DNA of 61,360 nt, taken from Myxococcota bacterium. Its GTDB lineage: Bacteria; Myxococcota_A; Polyangia; Fen-1088. Positions 20,408 to 29,853 of the stretch are shown here, in pieces. The stretch spans positions 1 to 61,360 of the forward strand of contig JAICYS010000003.1 in assembly GCA_025934105.1 (NCBI GenBank). The letters run 5' to 3'. The translations under genes were made by a program, and so were the position numbers. Below the pieces are notes generated by a model. It was not told where the DNA came from. It saw nothing but the letters and a program-made list of their open reading frames with translations, and did not search any database. Within the stretch, counting starts at the first letter, position 1. Every line of letters starts with the position of its first letter.

Positions 20408-21745
20408 TTATGGTTCGCAATCGAGCGCGGTCGAGCCCAGCCCGTGGCACTTGAGGCAGGCGCGCTGGTTGCGCGACGAGAGGAACCGGCAACGGGCCGT
20501 GCCCGCGAAATTCGGGCCGTGCGGCGAGACGGTCAGGCCGCGCGACGGATCGGCCGAATGGCAGGCCAGGCAGCTCTCCTCGCGATGGCACGAGACGCAG
20601 GCCCGGATGTTACGGCGAGCCTGGACCGAGTGGCTGTTCGGCCGCGGGGTGGCGATGACGACGCCCGCCGCGTCGCGCGCCCACCCGGGCGGGTGGAACT
20701 GCTTGACGCCGGTTCCCGTGCCGAACGGGTTGTTGGGTTTGAGGCCGGGCTGGCCCCCGGACGGGTCGGCCGCCACGCCCGTCCGCTGGTGACAGCCCAC
20801 GCAGAACGTCTGCAGGCGGTGGCACGACGAGCAGTCGGGGACGTTTCGGCGCGCGTCGACCACATGCAACGACACGTAGTCGGCCGGATGGATGTCCGGT
20901 GGGCGGACCACCCCGCCGTGACAATCGACGCATTCGTTTCGCCGGTGACACGACAGGCAGTACTTCTCGTCGCGCCCGGCCTCGCGGTGGTCGCGGCGGA
21001 AGGTCGGGCCGTGCGCGTCGAAGCCCCGCAGCGATCCCGACGGTTCCAGCAGCCCCGACCCGCCGGCGGCCATGGTGGAGGCGGTGGCCAACTGCACGCG
21101 CAGGCGCCCGTCCGACTCGGTCAGGTGGCAGGCCCCGCAGCGCGCGGTCGACTGCTTGCCGTCGTGACAGGCCAGGCAGCTGGACATCATCGGCAGATCG
21201 GCGCGCGTCACCATCCCCTGGCCGGCGGCCGCCGTATGACAGAGCGCGCAGCCGATGCCGCGCACCGCGTGCAGCCGGTGATTGAACTTCAGGTTCGGCC
21301 GGGGCATCACCACGCGCGGCGGTTCGACCAGCCCGCCGCCCGGCATCCAGCCCCGGCCGGCTTCGTCGACGTGGCAGGCGTCGCACCGTGCGGCCCCCTG
21401 CCCGGCCGCCACCGACTTGCCGGGGTTCGCGCGATCGATCTTGTGGCAGCCGCGGCAGGCCGCCTCCGTCGGGATCAGATTGTCGGCGGCGGTGGTCGAC
21501 CCGGCGGCCCGCGTGTGGCACCCCTCGCAAGTCGCGCCCAGGCGGGCGTGGCGTGCGTGGTCGAACCGGATCGGGAGCGACTCGCCCGGATAGATGAGCG
21601 GCGACGGCCCGCGCGACGCGGCGGGCGCGACCGGGGCGGCCTCGGTCGTGGCCGGGGAGGCCGACGCCAGCCCGGCCGCGACGCCGACGGCCACGGCGGC
21701 GCCGGCCAGGGCGGCGAAGCTCACGGCGGGCGGCAGGCGCTTCAT
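20408..21745 (-). CDS. Exported multiheme cytochrome c, 13 CxxCH motifs, 445 aa
   Basis: ATG at 21745 (ATGA overlap), signal peptide. Motifs: CEGCH, CRGCH, CDACH, CALCH, CLACH, CGACH, CLSCH, CVDCH, CSSCH, CVGCH, CVSCH, CLACH, CLKCH. c3/c7-like FDHARH and FNHRLH. Confidence 0.92.
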   Translation of the reverse strand: MKRLPPAVSFAALAGAAVAVGVAAGLASASPATTEAAPVAPAASRGPSPLIYPGESLPIRFDHARHARLGATCEGCHTRAAGSTTAADNLIPTEAACRGCHKIDRANPGKSVAAGQGAARCDACHVDEAGRGWMPGGGLVEPPRVVMPRPNLKFNHRLHAVRGIGCALCHTAAAGQGMVTRADLPMMSSCLACHDGKQSTARCGACHLTESDGRLRVQLATASTMAAGGSGLLEPSGSLRGFDAHGPTFRRDHREAGRDEKYCLSCHRRNECVDCHGGVVRPPDIHPADYVSLHVVDARRNVPDCSSCHRLQTFCVGCHQRTGVAADPSGGQPGLKPNNPFGTGTGVKQFHPPGWARDAAGVVIATPRPNSHSVQARRNIRACVSCHREESCLACHSADPSRGLTVSPHGPNFAGTARCRFLSSRNQRACLKCHGLGSTALDCEP

Positions 21746-23211
21746 GGCCCGGCGTCCAGTTCGACCATCGCCAGGCCGCGGAACTGGCTGGTGTAGAAGG
21801 TCCCGACGTTGTCCTCCAGCAGGAGGTGCAGGCGGGTGCCGGGCCCCAGTTCGTACCGGCCGCCGGCCTGCAGCCCGAACACCACGCCGTGGGTGGTGCC
21901 TCCTCCGCCCTGCAGATCGTCGCGCCAGGCGTAACCGGTGGCGCGCCCTTCCAGCTGCAGCGGGCGGCGGACCCGGATGCGGACCGTGGCGTCGCCGCCC
22001 AGCTTGCGCCCGCCGTAGCCGTCGTCCCAGTAGAGGTCGGCGCGGGCCATGCCCCGCTGCGCCCGCCAGGCGGCGCCGACGCTGCCGCCTTCGGCGCGCC
22101 GCGCGCCCGGCGCGGACGCCCCGACATCCTGGCCGGCGTAGGGTCCGGCCGCCGCCACCTCGTCGGCCGTCGCGTCGTAAAAACGCACGAACCCGCGCGC
22201 GTACACCTTGAGGCCGCGCGGCAGGGCCAGCTCGTATCCGGCCCGCAGGTCGCGGTACGCGCCGGTCGCGAAGACGTTCCAGATCGAATCGCCGTCGAAG
22301 GTGGGTGCCAGGAAGTCGTGCTCCAGCGTGATCCACTGGCGCGCGGTCAGCTTCACCCGCAGCGCGAGCTGCTCGTCGTCCAGTTCGTCGAAGAGGACGT
22401 TGTAGCGAAGCCCGCCGCTCACGGTGACCCAGTCCAGCCAGTGCGCCGCGGCCGTCAGCGACGCCGCCTCGAAGTTCACGCCGCTGGCCGGATCGCCGGG
22501 CCGGCGGTCAGCCGTCGCCGACCAGACCTCGCGGAACGCCAGCCGCGCGCTGTAGGCGCCGCTCGGCGGCCCGACGGCCACCGCCCCGCCGGCCATCGGG
22601 GCCAGCATCGCGTTCTGGTCGCGGCGGGTGGCCGGATCGCGCGACCCGGCGCTGGTGCCGTCCAGCTCGTAGATGGGCGACGACACCGGCAGCTCGCCGC
22701 GCACCTCGGTCCCGGCCAGCGCCTCCACCGCGAACAGGCGCGACAGGTGGACCACCAGATTGGCGCCGTCCAGGCTGTAAAAGTCGACCAGATCGAAGTG
22801 GATCTGCCGTCCGAGCTGGAAGTCCACCCGTCCCCCGATGTTCCGGCCGCCGAAGTACGCATAGAGCACGTCGAGCTGACTCTGTTTCAGCTCGGGGATG
22901 GCGGCCGCGCCGCCCGGCGCGCCCAGCAGGTATCCGCCGAAATCCGCGTCGAGGCGCATCGAGGCGTCGAAGTAGAACAGGTTGCGGCCGCCGTCGTCGC
23001 CGTGCCACGCCGACGGGCCGATGTCGAACACCGCCAGGTCCAGGTACTGCGTCAGCCGGCGGCGCGACAGCAGCTCGTTGCTGCCGTCGGGCGCGAAGCC
23101 GCGCACCTGATAGCCCTGGCCGATCGTGCGCAGGTCGACGGAGAAGTCGTACGCGAACGCCCGCGGCATGGCCGCGCAGACGAGAACGCCGACAATGACC
23201 GCCTCGCGCAC
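21742..23211 (-). CDS. Putative outer-membrane beta-barrel protein (porin-like)
   Basis: Signal peptide ending AFA. Many alternating amphipathic strands rich in aromatics and Gly. No TM helices in the mature part. Confidence 0.7.
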   Translation of the reverse strand: MREAVIVGVLVCAAMPRAFAYDFSVDLRTIGQGYQVRGFAPDGSNELLSRRRLTQYLDLAVFDIGPSAWHGDDGGRNLFYFDASMRLDADFGGYLLGAPGGAAAIPELKQSQLDVLYAYFGGRNIGGRVDFQLGRQIHFDLVDFYSLDGANLVVHLSRLFAVEALAGTEVRGELPVSSPIYELDGTSAGSRDPATRRDQNAMLAPMAGGAVAVGPPSGAYSARLAFREVWSATADRRPGDPASGVNFEAASLTAAAHWLDWVTVSGGLRYNVLFDELDDEQLALRVKLTARQWITLEHDFLAPTFDGDSIWNVFATGAYRDLRAGYELALPRGLKVYARGFVRFYDATADEVAAAGPYAGQDVGASAPGARRAEGGSVGAAWRAQRGMARADLYWDDGYGGRKLGGDATVRIRVRRPLQLEGRATGYAWRDDLQGGGGTTHGVVFGLQAGGRYELGPGTRLHLLLEDNVGTFYTSQFRGLAMVELDAGP

Positions 23212-23227
23212 GCCCCGCCGGCCGCGG

Positions 23228-23908
23228 TTACCCGGGCTCGACTTCCAGCTCGAGGCGATCGGCTGCCGCGGCGGCCTGCGCCGCTTTGCGGCCGTGCGCC
23301 CGCGACGGTTTGTCCGCCTCGCCCACGATCGTGATGTCGGAAGGCGGCAGGCCCGCCTCCTCCAGCGCCGACATCACGCGCGCCGCGCGAACCGTGCGCA
23401 TCTCGCCGGCCGTCTTGAACAGACTGCGCAGCTGCTTGGGCGCCGCGGCCGACGACGTCCGCGCGACGATCTTCACGCGCGCGCTCTCTTTCTTCGCCGT
23501 GCCGGCCACCAGCTTCAGGACCGCCGAGCCGGCCTCGGAGACGTCGATCTCGTTCTTGTCGATCACCTTCGCCACCGGGAACGTGATCTTCAACGTCGAG
23601 CCGTCGTCGGTCACGGTCGCGCCCAGCTCCTCGAGGCCGCCCTTGAGCCCGCTGGACAGCGATTCCAGCGCGGCCTTCTTCTTGGATTCTGCGGCTAACT
23701 TGTCCTTGTCCGCGCTGACGTAGCCGTCGAGGGTGGTCTTCAACTTGTCGCGTTCGGCCGCGGCCTCGTCCGCCGCGGCGCGCTGGGTGGCCAGCTCGGC
23801 CTGACGCACCCCGACGGCGTGAACCATCTTTTGGTACGGGATGAGGTAGACGTAACCCGCGAATCCCAGGCCACAAAACGCGACCGCAAACCAAAACAGC
23901 GCCTTCAT
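23228..23908 (-). CDS. Membrane-anchored coiled-coil protein with degenerate OmpA/MotB-like C-terminal domain
   Basis: N-terminal TM helix, coiled coil, then RAARVMSALEEAGLPPSDITIVG...DRLELEV resembling the OmpA_C/MotB motifs. Confidence 0.65.
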   Translation of the reverse strand: MKALFWFAVAFCGLGFAGYVYLIPYQKMVHAVGVRQAELATQRAAADEAAAERDKLKTTLDGYVSADKDKLAAESKKKAALESLSSGLKGGLEELGATVTDDGSTLKITFPVAKVIDKNEIDVSEAGSAVLKLVAGTAKKESARVKIVARTSSAAAPKQLRSLFKTAGEMRTVRAARVMSALEEAGLPPSDITIVGEADKPSRAHGRKAAQAAAAADRLELEVEPG

Positions 23909-23989
23909 GGCGCCCGCCCTCCCAAGGCCCTGCTGGTGAACGCTTCCTGAGGCGCCATCGGCGACGCAAGATACCCTGTTTCAGCCCGC

Positions 23990-24019
23990 TTGACACGGCT
24001 CCGGCGGGCTCTGTACGTT
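23990..24019 (+). promoter_or_regulatory. Sigma70-type promoter of cdnL
   Basis: TTGACA (23990-23995), 18-nt spacer, TACGTT (24014-24019). Confidence 0.6.
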
Positions 24020-24109
24020 GTAGGTGTACGTACGCGTGCCTGATACCGCGTGGTGTGCTCCCCTCCATCGGAGTGGACCCACCAGCAGGACTCGGAGGAG
24101 GTTCACGCC

Positions 24110-24598
24110 GTGGCAACCGAATTCGTGATTGGTGACAAAGCCGTCTACCCGTCTCAGGGCGTCGCGGAGGTGATCGGGATCGAGAAGAAAGAGGTTCACG
24201 GCAAAGTTCAGCGGTTCTACGTCTTGCGCGGCATCGACACCGGGCTGCGCATCCTGGTCCCCATCGACAAGGCCGACCAGGTGGGCCTCCGGCGCATCGC
24301 CGGCAGCGAAGAAATCGACGAGGTGATGGAGATCCTTCGCGACAAGGAGATCCACGTCGACCGGCAGACCTGGAACCGCCGCTACCGGGGATTCATGGAG
24401 AAGATCAAGTCGGGCTCGCTGTTCGAGGTGGCGGAGGTGTTCCGCGACCTTTACCGCCTGAAGGGGATGAAGCCCCTGTCCTTCGGCGAGCGGCGCATGC
24501 TGGACACCGCCCGCGGGCTCATCGTCCAGGAGCTGTCGGTGGCCAAGGCCGCCGACACGCAAAAGGTCGAGCAAGAGCTGGATCGGATTTTCGACTAG
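24110..24598 (+). CDS. cdnL: CarD/CdnL-family RNA polymerase-binding factor
   Basis: FVIGDKAVYPSQGVAEV RID domain, conserved Trp in QTWNRRYR, LSFGERRML. GGAGG Shine-Dalgarno before GTG at 24110. Confidence 0.9.
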   Translation: MATEFVIGDKAVYPSQGVAEVIGIEKKEVHGKVQRFYVLRGIDTGLRILVPIDKADQVGLRRIAGSEEIDEVMEILRDKEIHVDRQTWNRRYRGFMEKIKSGSLFEVAEVFRDLYRLKGMKPLSFGERRMLDTARGLIVQELSVAKAADTQKVEQELDRIFD

Positions 24599-24678
24599 CC
24601 GCGCTCCGGGCGCGCGTCGATTTTGCGGCGCGGGCTGGCGAAATGTTAATGTAAGCCGCCCTCTAGGGCCTTTGCTCG

Positions 24679-25182
24679 ATGCAGATTCACCTCGCCAAGT
24701 CCGACATCACCCAGATGGCCGTCGACGCGGTGGTCAACCCGGCCAATTCGTTGGGGATCATGGGCGGCGGGGTCGCCGCGGCGCTTTCGCGCAAGGGCGG
24801 CCCGGCCATCCAGAAAGAGGCGATGTCGCTGGCGCCCATCGCCGTCGGCGCCGCGGTGGTCACCAACGCCGGCACGCTTTACGCCAAATATGTGATCCAC
24901 GCCCCGACGATGGACCAGCCGGGGATGAAGATCGGCGTCGAGAACGTCCGGCGCGCGACCCGGGCCGCCCTGCTGGCGGCGGCCCGCAACAACATGGATG
25001 TCATCGCCATCCCCGGGATGGGGACGGGCCTGGGCGGCGTCGATCCTTCGGACGCCGCGCGGGCCATGGTGGACGAGCTGCGCGCGCACCGGCAGCCGAA
25101 ACCCGCGACGGTGTACCTGGTCGACATCGACGACGAGATCTTGCTCTGTCTCGAAGAGGCCTTGCGCCTGGCCGTGGGATAG
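24679..25182 (+). CDS. Macro-domain protein (YmdB-like ADP-ribose hydrolase)
   Basis: DIT, DAVVNPAN, MGGGVA, VIHA, PGMGTGLGG. Confidence 0.9.
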   Translation: MQIHLAKSDITQMAVDAVVNPANSLGIMGGGVAAALSRKGGPAIQKEAMSLAPIAVGAAVVTNAGTLYAKYVIHAPTMDQPGMKIGVENVRRATRAALLAAARNNMDVIAIPGMGTGLGGVDPSDAARAMVDELRAHRQPKPATVYLVDIDDEILLCLEEALRLAVG

Positions 25183-25196
25183 CCCAAAGGAGCTGC

Positions 25197-26018
25197 GTGA
25201 AGATCCTGGTGACGTGCAAGCGGGTGCCGAACCCTGAGCACAAGCTCAAGATCGGCGGCGGTCAACTCGACCTGACGGCGGCGAGCTGGCAGCTCAACAC
25301 GTTCGACGAGTACGCCGTCGAGACGGCGCTGCGTTTGACCGAAAAGGGCAAGGGCGGCGACCGGTCCGGCGAAGTTGTGGCGGTCAGCATCGGCCCCAAA
25401 GACGTCGCGCAGCAGCTCCGGGGCGTCCTGGCCATGGGCGCCGATCGCGCCATCCTGGTCGGCGCTGAGGACGCGGCGCTGGACGCGCTGGCGGTGGCCC
25501 GCATCCTGGCGGCGGTCGTCGCGCGTGAAAAGCCGGACCTGGTCGTGCTCGGCAAGCAGACGGTCGACGGCGATTCGAACCAGGTCGGGCAAGTCCTGGC
25601 CGGCCTGCTGAACTGGCCGCAGGCGACCTTCCTGGCCAGCATCCGGGTGGCGGCCGACGGCCAGAGCGCCGTCGTCACGCGCGAGGTCGACGCCGGCGTC
25701 GAAGAAAAGCGGATCCGGATGCCGGCGGTCGTCACCGTCGACCTGCGCATCATCGGCAAGAAGGCCGTGCGCAACGAAGGGCTGGCGGGCGCCGACGCCG
25801 AGTGGGAAGAGACCCAGCGGTACGCCTCGTTGAAGGGGATCATGGCGGCCAAGAAGAAAGAGATCAAAGAGGTCGCGCTGGCCGAGCTGGGCGTCGACGC
25901 CAAGCCGGCGATGGCCGTCAAATCCTACGAAGCGCCGCCCGGACGCAAGGCCGGCGTGAAGGTGGCGTCCGTCGACGAGCTGGTCGCCAAGCTGCACGAC
26001 GAAGCCAAGGTGATCTGA
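25197..26018 (+). CDS. etfB: Electron transfer flavoprotein beta subunit
   Basis: KILVTCKRVP, FDEYAVE, LAMGAD, GKQTVDGDSNQVG, REVDAG, RYASLKGIMAAKKK. AAGGAG Shine-Dalgarno. Confidence 0.93.
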   Translation: MKILVTCKRVPNPEHKLKIGGGQLDLTAASWQLNTFDEYAVETALRLTEKGKGGDRSGEVVAVSIGPKDVAQQLRGVLAMGADRAILVGAEDAALDALAVARILAAVVAREKPDLVVLGKQTVDGDSNQVGQVLAGLLNWPQATFLASIRVAADGQSAVVTREVDAGVEEKRIRMPAVVTVDLRIIGKKAVRNEGLAGADAEWEETQRYASLKGIMAAKKKEIKEVALAELGVDAKPAMAVKSYEAPPGRKAGVKVASVDELVAKLHDEAKVI

Positions 26019-26986
26019 TGGGCGCCGTGGTCGTCTTCTGCGAAACGGATGACAAAGGGCTGCGCTCGGCGTCGCTGCCGGCGCTGGCCGCGGGCAGCGA
26101 GCTGGCCAAGCGGCAGGGGGGCGAGCTGGTGGCCGTCCTGGTCGGCGGCAATCTGAAGACCGCGGCGGCGGAGACCGCGAAGTTCGCCGCGAAGGTGCTG
26201 GCCTACGAGCACGCCTCGCTGGCGGCGCCGCTGGCCGAGACCTGGGCGCCGCAGCTGGCCGACGCCGTCAAGCGCGCCGGCGCCACCGCGCTGCTCGGCA
26301 CCGCGACGTCGACCGGCAAGGACGTCCTGCCGCGGGCCGGGGCGTTGCTGGGCGCGGGCATGGCGTCCGACGTGACGGCGGTGCTGGGCCCGAACCGTTT
26401 TCGCCGCCCGGCCTACGCCGGCAACGCGCTGGAAGAGGTCGAGGTGGCCGGGCCGGTGGTGGTGGCCAGCGTGCGGCAGACGGCCTTCGCCGCGCCGGCC
26501 CCGTCGGCCAGCGGCGGCGCCGTCGAGGTGGTGGCGCCGGCTGCCGCCGACGCGCTGGGCTCGGAGGTCGTCGGGCTGCACGCCAACGTCAGCGCGCGCC
26601 CCGACCTGGGCGAGGCCAAAGTCGTCGTCTCGGGCGGCCGGGGCATGAAGTCGGGCGAAAACTTCAAGGTGCTCGAGGAGCTCACCGATCTGCTGGGCGG
26701 CGCGCTGGGCGCCAGCCGCGCCGCCGCCGACGCCGGCATGGTGCCGAACGACTTGCAGGTCGGGCAGACCGGCAAGGTGGTCGCCCCCCAGCTCTACATC
26801 GCGGTCGCCATCTCGGGCGCCATCCAGCACCTGGCGGGGATGAAGGGGTCGAAAGTGATCGTCGCGATCAACAAGGATCCCGAGGCGCCCATCTTCCAGG
26901 TGGCGGACTACGGCCTGGTCGACACCTGGGAGAAGGCGATCCCGGCCCTCATCGCCGCCGTAAAAAAGTTGAAGGCCGCCGGCTGA
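26018..26986 (+). CDS. etfA: Electron transfer flavoprotein alpha subunit
   Basis: [50 protein letters not shown]. Confidence 0.95.
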   Translation: MGAVVVFCETDDKGLRSASLPALAAGSELAKRQGGELVAVLVGGNLKTAAAETAKFAAKVLAYEHASLAAPLAETWAPQLADAVKRAGATALLGTATSTGKDVLPRAGALLGAGMASDVTAVLGPNRFRRPAYAGNALEEVEVAGPVVVASVRQTAFAAPAPSASGGAVEVVAPAAADALGSEVVGLHANVSARPDLGEAKVVVSGGRGMKSGENFKVLEELTDLLGGALGASRAAADAGMVPNDLQVGQTGKVVAPQLYIAVAISGAIQHLAGMKGSKVIVAINKDPEAPIFQVADYGLVDTWEKAIPALIAAVKKLKAAG

Positions 26987-27001
26987 GCGGCGGGGGCCGC
27001 C

Positions 27002-27757
27002 GTGCCTTACGTCGCGTTGCCGCCGGGGCGTGTCCACTTCGCCGAGCGCGGCGAACGGCGCCAGGGGCAGCCTTCGGTCCTGCTGATCCACGGGGCGGGC
27101 GCCGGGTCCGCCATCTGGTCGATGACGCTGGCGCGGATCGCGCGCGCCGGGCACGCGGTGGCCATCGACCTGCCGGGGCACGGGCCCAGCGACCGCGGCG
27201 AAGGGCGGCTGGATCTGGCCCGCCACCGCGACGCGGTCGGCCTGCTCGGCGCGGCGCTGTGCCTGGGGCCGTCGCTGCTGGTCGGCCATTCGATGGGGGC
27301 GCTGGTGGCGCTGGAGGCGGCGCTGGCCTGGCCGGACAAGGTGCGCGCGCTGCTGCTGGTGGCCGCCGCGCCGCGCATGCCGGTCGATCCCGAGCTGCTG
27401 GCGCTGCTGGACAGCGATCCCGAGGCGGCGCGGGGCTGGCTGGCCGAGCGTGGCCTCTCCCGGCGGGCCAAGCCGGCCGTCCGCCGCGGCTTCCTGGCGG
27501 CCGGGGCGGGCGCGCCGCCGGACGTGACGCGCGCCGATTTCGAGCTGGTGCGCGCCACCGATCTGACGCCGCGCCTGGCCGCCGTGCGCTGTCCGATGAC
27601 CTGGCTGGACGGAGCCGACGATCGCATCGTGTCCGCCGAATGGCGGTCCGCGCGGCCCGGCGAAACACTGGTCGTTCCCGACGCCGGCCATCTGATTCCC
27701 ATCGAAGCGCCGGCCGCCGTAGCGGAGGCGGTCGGCGCCTCAAGCCGGCCGGCCTGA
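27002..27757 (+). CDS. Alpha/beta hydrolase
   Basis: LIHGAG, IDLPGHG, GHSMG, DRIV, AGHL. Confidence 0.88.
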   Translation: MPYVALPPGRVHFAERGERRQGQPSVLLIHGAGAGSAIWSMTLARIARAGHAVAIDLPGHGPSDRGEGRLDLARHRDAVGLLGAALCLGPSLLVGHSMGALVALEAALAWPDKVRALLLVAAAPRMPVDPELLALLDSDPEAARGWLAERGLSRRAKPAVRRGFLAAGAGAPPDVTRADFELVRATDLTPRLAAVRCPMTWLDGADDRIVSAEWRSARPGETLVVPDAGHLIPIEAPAAVAEAVGASSRPA

Positions 27758-27776
27758 CCGCCGATCCCTCACCGGG

Positions 27777-28034
27777 ATGACCGCGACGAGGCCGAGGCGT
27801 CTCGGGCTCACCGCGGCCGTGACCCTGTTGTTGTCGGTGGCGATCGCGGGCGTCGCGCTCGGACCGCAGCTCGCGCCGGCGCTGATGTCGCGAAACGGCG
27901 CGCTGGCAAGAGCCAAGCGCAAGTTCGTGGCGCTGCGCGCCTTCGCGCTGTTTCGGGCCGGCGGCGATCGGGCGGTGCTGCGCATGGGCGATCCGCCGGC
28001 GCGCGCTGGCCGACATGTGACGCCAGCTCATTGA
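27777..28034 (+). CDS. Possible small membrane-anchored hypothetical protein
   Basis: Fills the gap between co-oriented genes and has one hydrophobic N-terminal segment. No recognisable domain. Confidence 0.35.
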   Translation: MTATRPRRLGLTAAVTLLLSVAIAGVALGPQLAPALMSRNGALARAKRKFVALRAFALFRAGGDRAVLRMGDPPARAGRHVTPAH

Positions 28035-28085
28035 CGCCGGCGCGCGTTCTCAAGCGGCGCCCGCGCCGCCCGATTGATCCCGGTG

Positions 28086-28736
28086 ATGGTCGGACGCCGT
28101 TCGCTTCGTGTGCTGGGCTGGCGAATGGCTGCGGTGCTCGATCTGCTGATCGCGATCGCCGTCGGCGGCTGGCTGGCGCCGAACGCCTGGATCGCGCACG
28201 CGACCCGCGGGTTGGTGTTCGCCCGCGCCGCCGACGCGCCGGCGCGCACCTTCGCGATCGTTCCCGGCTCGCGGGTTTTTCGGGGCGAGCCGGTGTTCCT
28301 GTTGCGCGCCAGGCTCGAGGCGGCGCTGTCGCTTTACCGCAGCGGACAGGTGAAGGCCATCCTGGTCTCGGGCGCCAGCACCGCCGAGGCGCCCGAGGCC
28401 GCGGTCATGCAAGCCTGGCTGGCGGCGCACGACGTGCCTGCGGCCGACGTCTGGGTCGACGGCGGCGGAACGCGAACGCGCGAGACGATGGTGCGCGCCG
28501 TCGCGCGCTACGGCGTGGCCGACGCGATCGTCTGCACGCAAACCGTGAACGCCGCCCGGTCCGTCTACCTGGCCCGCCAGGCCGGCATCGACGCCGTCGC
28601 CGTCGCGCTGCCGACGCGCCTCGAGCAGGCGCCCCGCTACCTGGCCGTCGAATCGCTGAAGACGACGCTGGCCTTCGCCGAGTCTTCGCTGCGCCCGACG
28701 CCGTCGCGGGCGCCGACCGTCCTGGCCGCCCGCTGA
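28086..28736 (+). CDS. SanA/YdcF (DUF218) family protein
   Basis: N-terminal TM, IVPGS, RLEAA, ILVSG, EAAVM, DGGGTRTRETM. Start uncertain (28074 or 28086). Confidence 0.8.
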   Translation: MVGRRSLRVLGWRMAAVLDLLIAIAVGGWLAPNAWIAHATRGLVFARAADAPARTFAIVPGSRVFRGEPVFLLRARLEAALSLYRSGQVKAILVSGASTAEAPEAAVMQAWLAAHDVPAADVWVDGGGTRTRETMVRAVARYGVADAIVCTQTVNAARSVYLARQAGIDAVAVALPTRLEQAPRYLAVESLKTTLAFAESSLRPTPSRAPTVLAAR

Positions 28737-28777
28737 TCGACTCAGACACGCCCCCTGCCCCGTCCCGGCTGAGCCGG

Positions 28778-28944
28778 CTAGTGCACCGCCGTCGAAATAG
28801 CGTCAACGCCGAGGCCGACAAGCCGCGCTGGACGCGAGGCGCGACGACGAGGAATACCCGTAGTTATTGTGAGGAGAAGCAACGAAGCGACCGGCGCGGA
28901 TCGTCGGCCTCGGCGTTGACGCTATTTCGACGGCGGTGCACTAG
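28778..28944. mobile_element. MITE / palindromic interspersed repeat, copy 2
   Basis: 167 bp. Perfect 42-bp terminal inverted repeat extending imperfectly to about 54 bp. CTAG at both ends. Confidence 0.88.
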
Positions 28945-29004
28945 CGTGGGCGCGGGCGCTCAGGCAAGGGTCCCTTCATCACGCCCGGTTCAGTTGAGGC
29001 CACC

Positions 29005-29667
29005 GTGAGCGTTCGCGTGCTCGTGACGCTGGCGCTTCCGGCCGGCGCTGTCGCTTGCGGACCAGGAGGCGCAAGTGTCTCGAAGACGCGGGCTCTGGAG
29101 CGGCTGGTCATTCCCGAGGTGCTGGCGGCAGCCTCGGTTCCAGCGGCGGTGCCACGGGCTCGGGCGGCGCAGCTTCCGGAGGCGTCGGAGGGGCCGACAA
29201 CCTCGAAGGCTCGGGTGGTGTGCACGGCCCCGGCGGTGTCTACGGCTCCGGCGATGTTGGAGGCTCCCACTGGCGCGGGGGTGGCTGATCGGCCGGCGGC
29301 CGGACAGGCGCGGCTGGAAGCAGCGGCAATGGCGGGTCGGCGTTCGCGCCGGTTGGGAGCGTCTTCAAGGCTCGCTGCGTCGGCTGTCACAGCACGAGCG
29401 CGTTTGCGGTTCCCAAGACGACTCTCTACCTGACGTCGGACGTCGCCTACGACATCCTGGTTGGCATATTGGCCGAAGAGACGTGCGGCGGCGTCCTGGT
29501 CGTGCTCGGGAAATCGTCAGCCAGTTACCTGGTCCAGAAGCTGACCGAGTCCAGCCCCTGCGACGGTGTGCAGATGCCGATGGGCGTATGAATCTCCGTT
29601 CACGGCGCTCGCTCCCACTCAGCTGGCCACCGTCGTGAGTTGGATCGACACCGGCGCACGTCCCTGA
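29005..29667 (+). pseudogene. Disrupted lipoprotein monoheme cytochrome c
   Basis: Lipobox VAC, frameshift into a Gly/Ser linker, in-frame TGA (29286), CVGCH (29376-29390), SYLVQKL, QMP, frameshift, QLATVVSWIDTGA stop. Confidence 0.75.
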
Positions 29668-29853
29668 CTTCCGGGGAGCTGTGCGGGCCGTCCAACCGGC
29701 CGAGCTCTAACCAGATTTCGGGATCGCCGGAACCTGCAAGACGATTCGCCGGCGGCTCCGAATCGTGGCCGCCAGCACACCGCGAAACGGAACAGCCGCC
29801 ACCCGCATCGGGCTCCGACACAGGCACCCTCAGCCCTGGGTCCTGGGGCACAG

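Noticed and set aside
29700-29850. GGGCSV resembling a MYXO-CTERM remnant on the minus strand
   Set aside because: No hydrophobic helix or Arg cluster follows.
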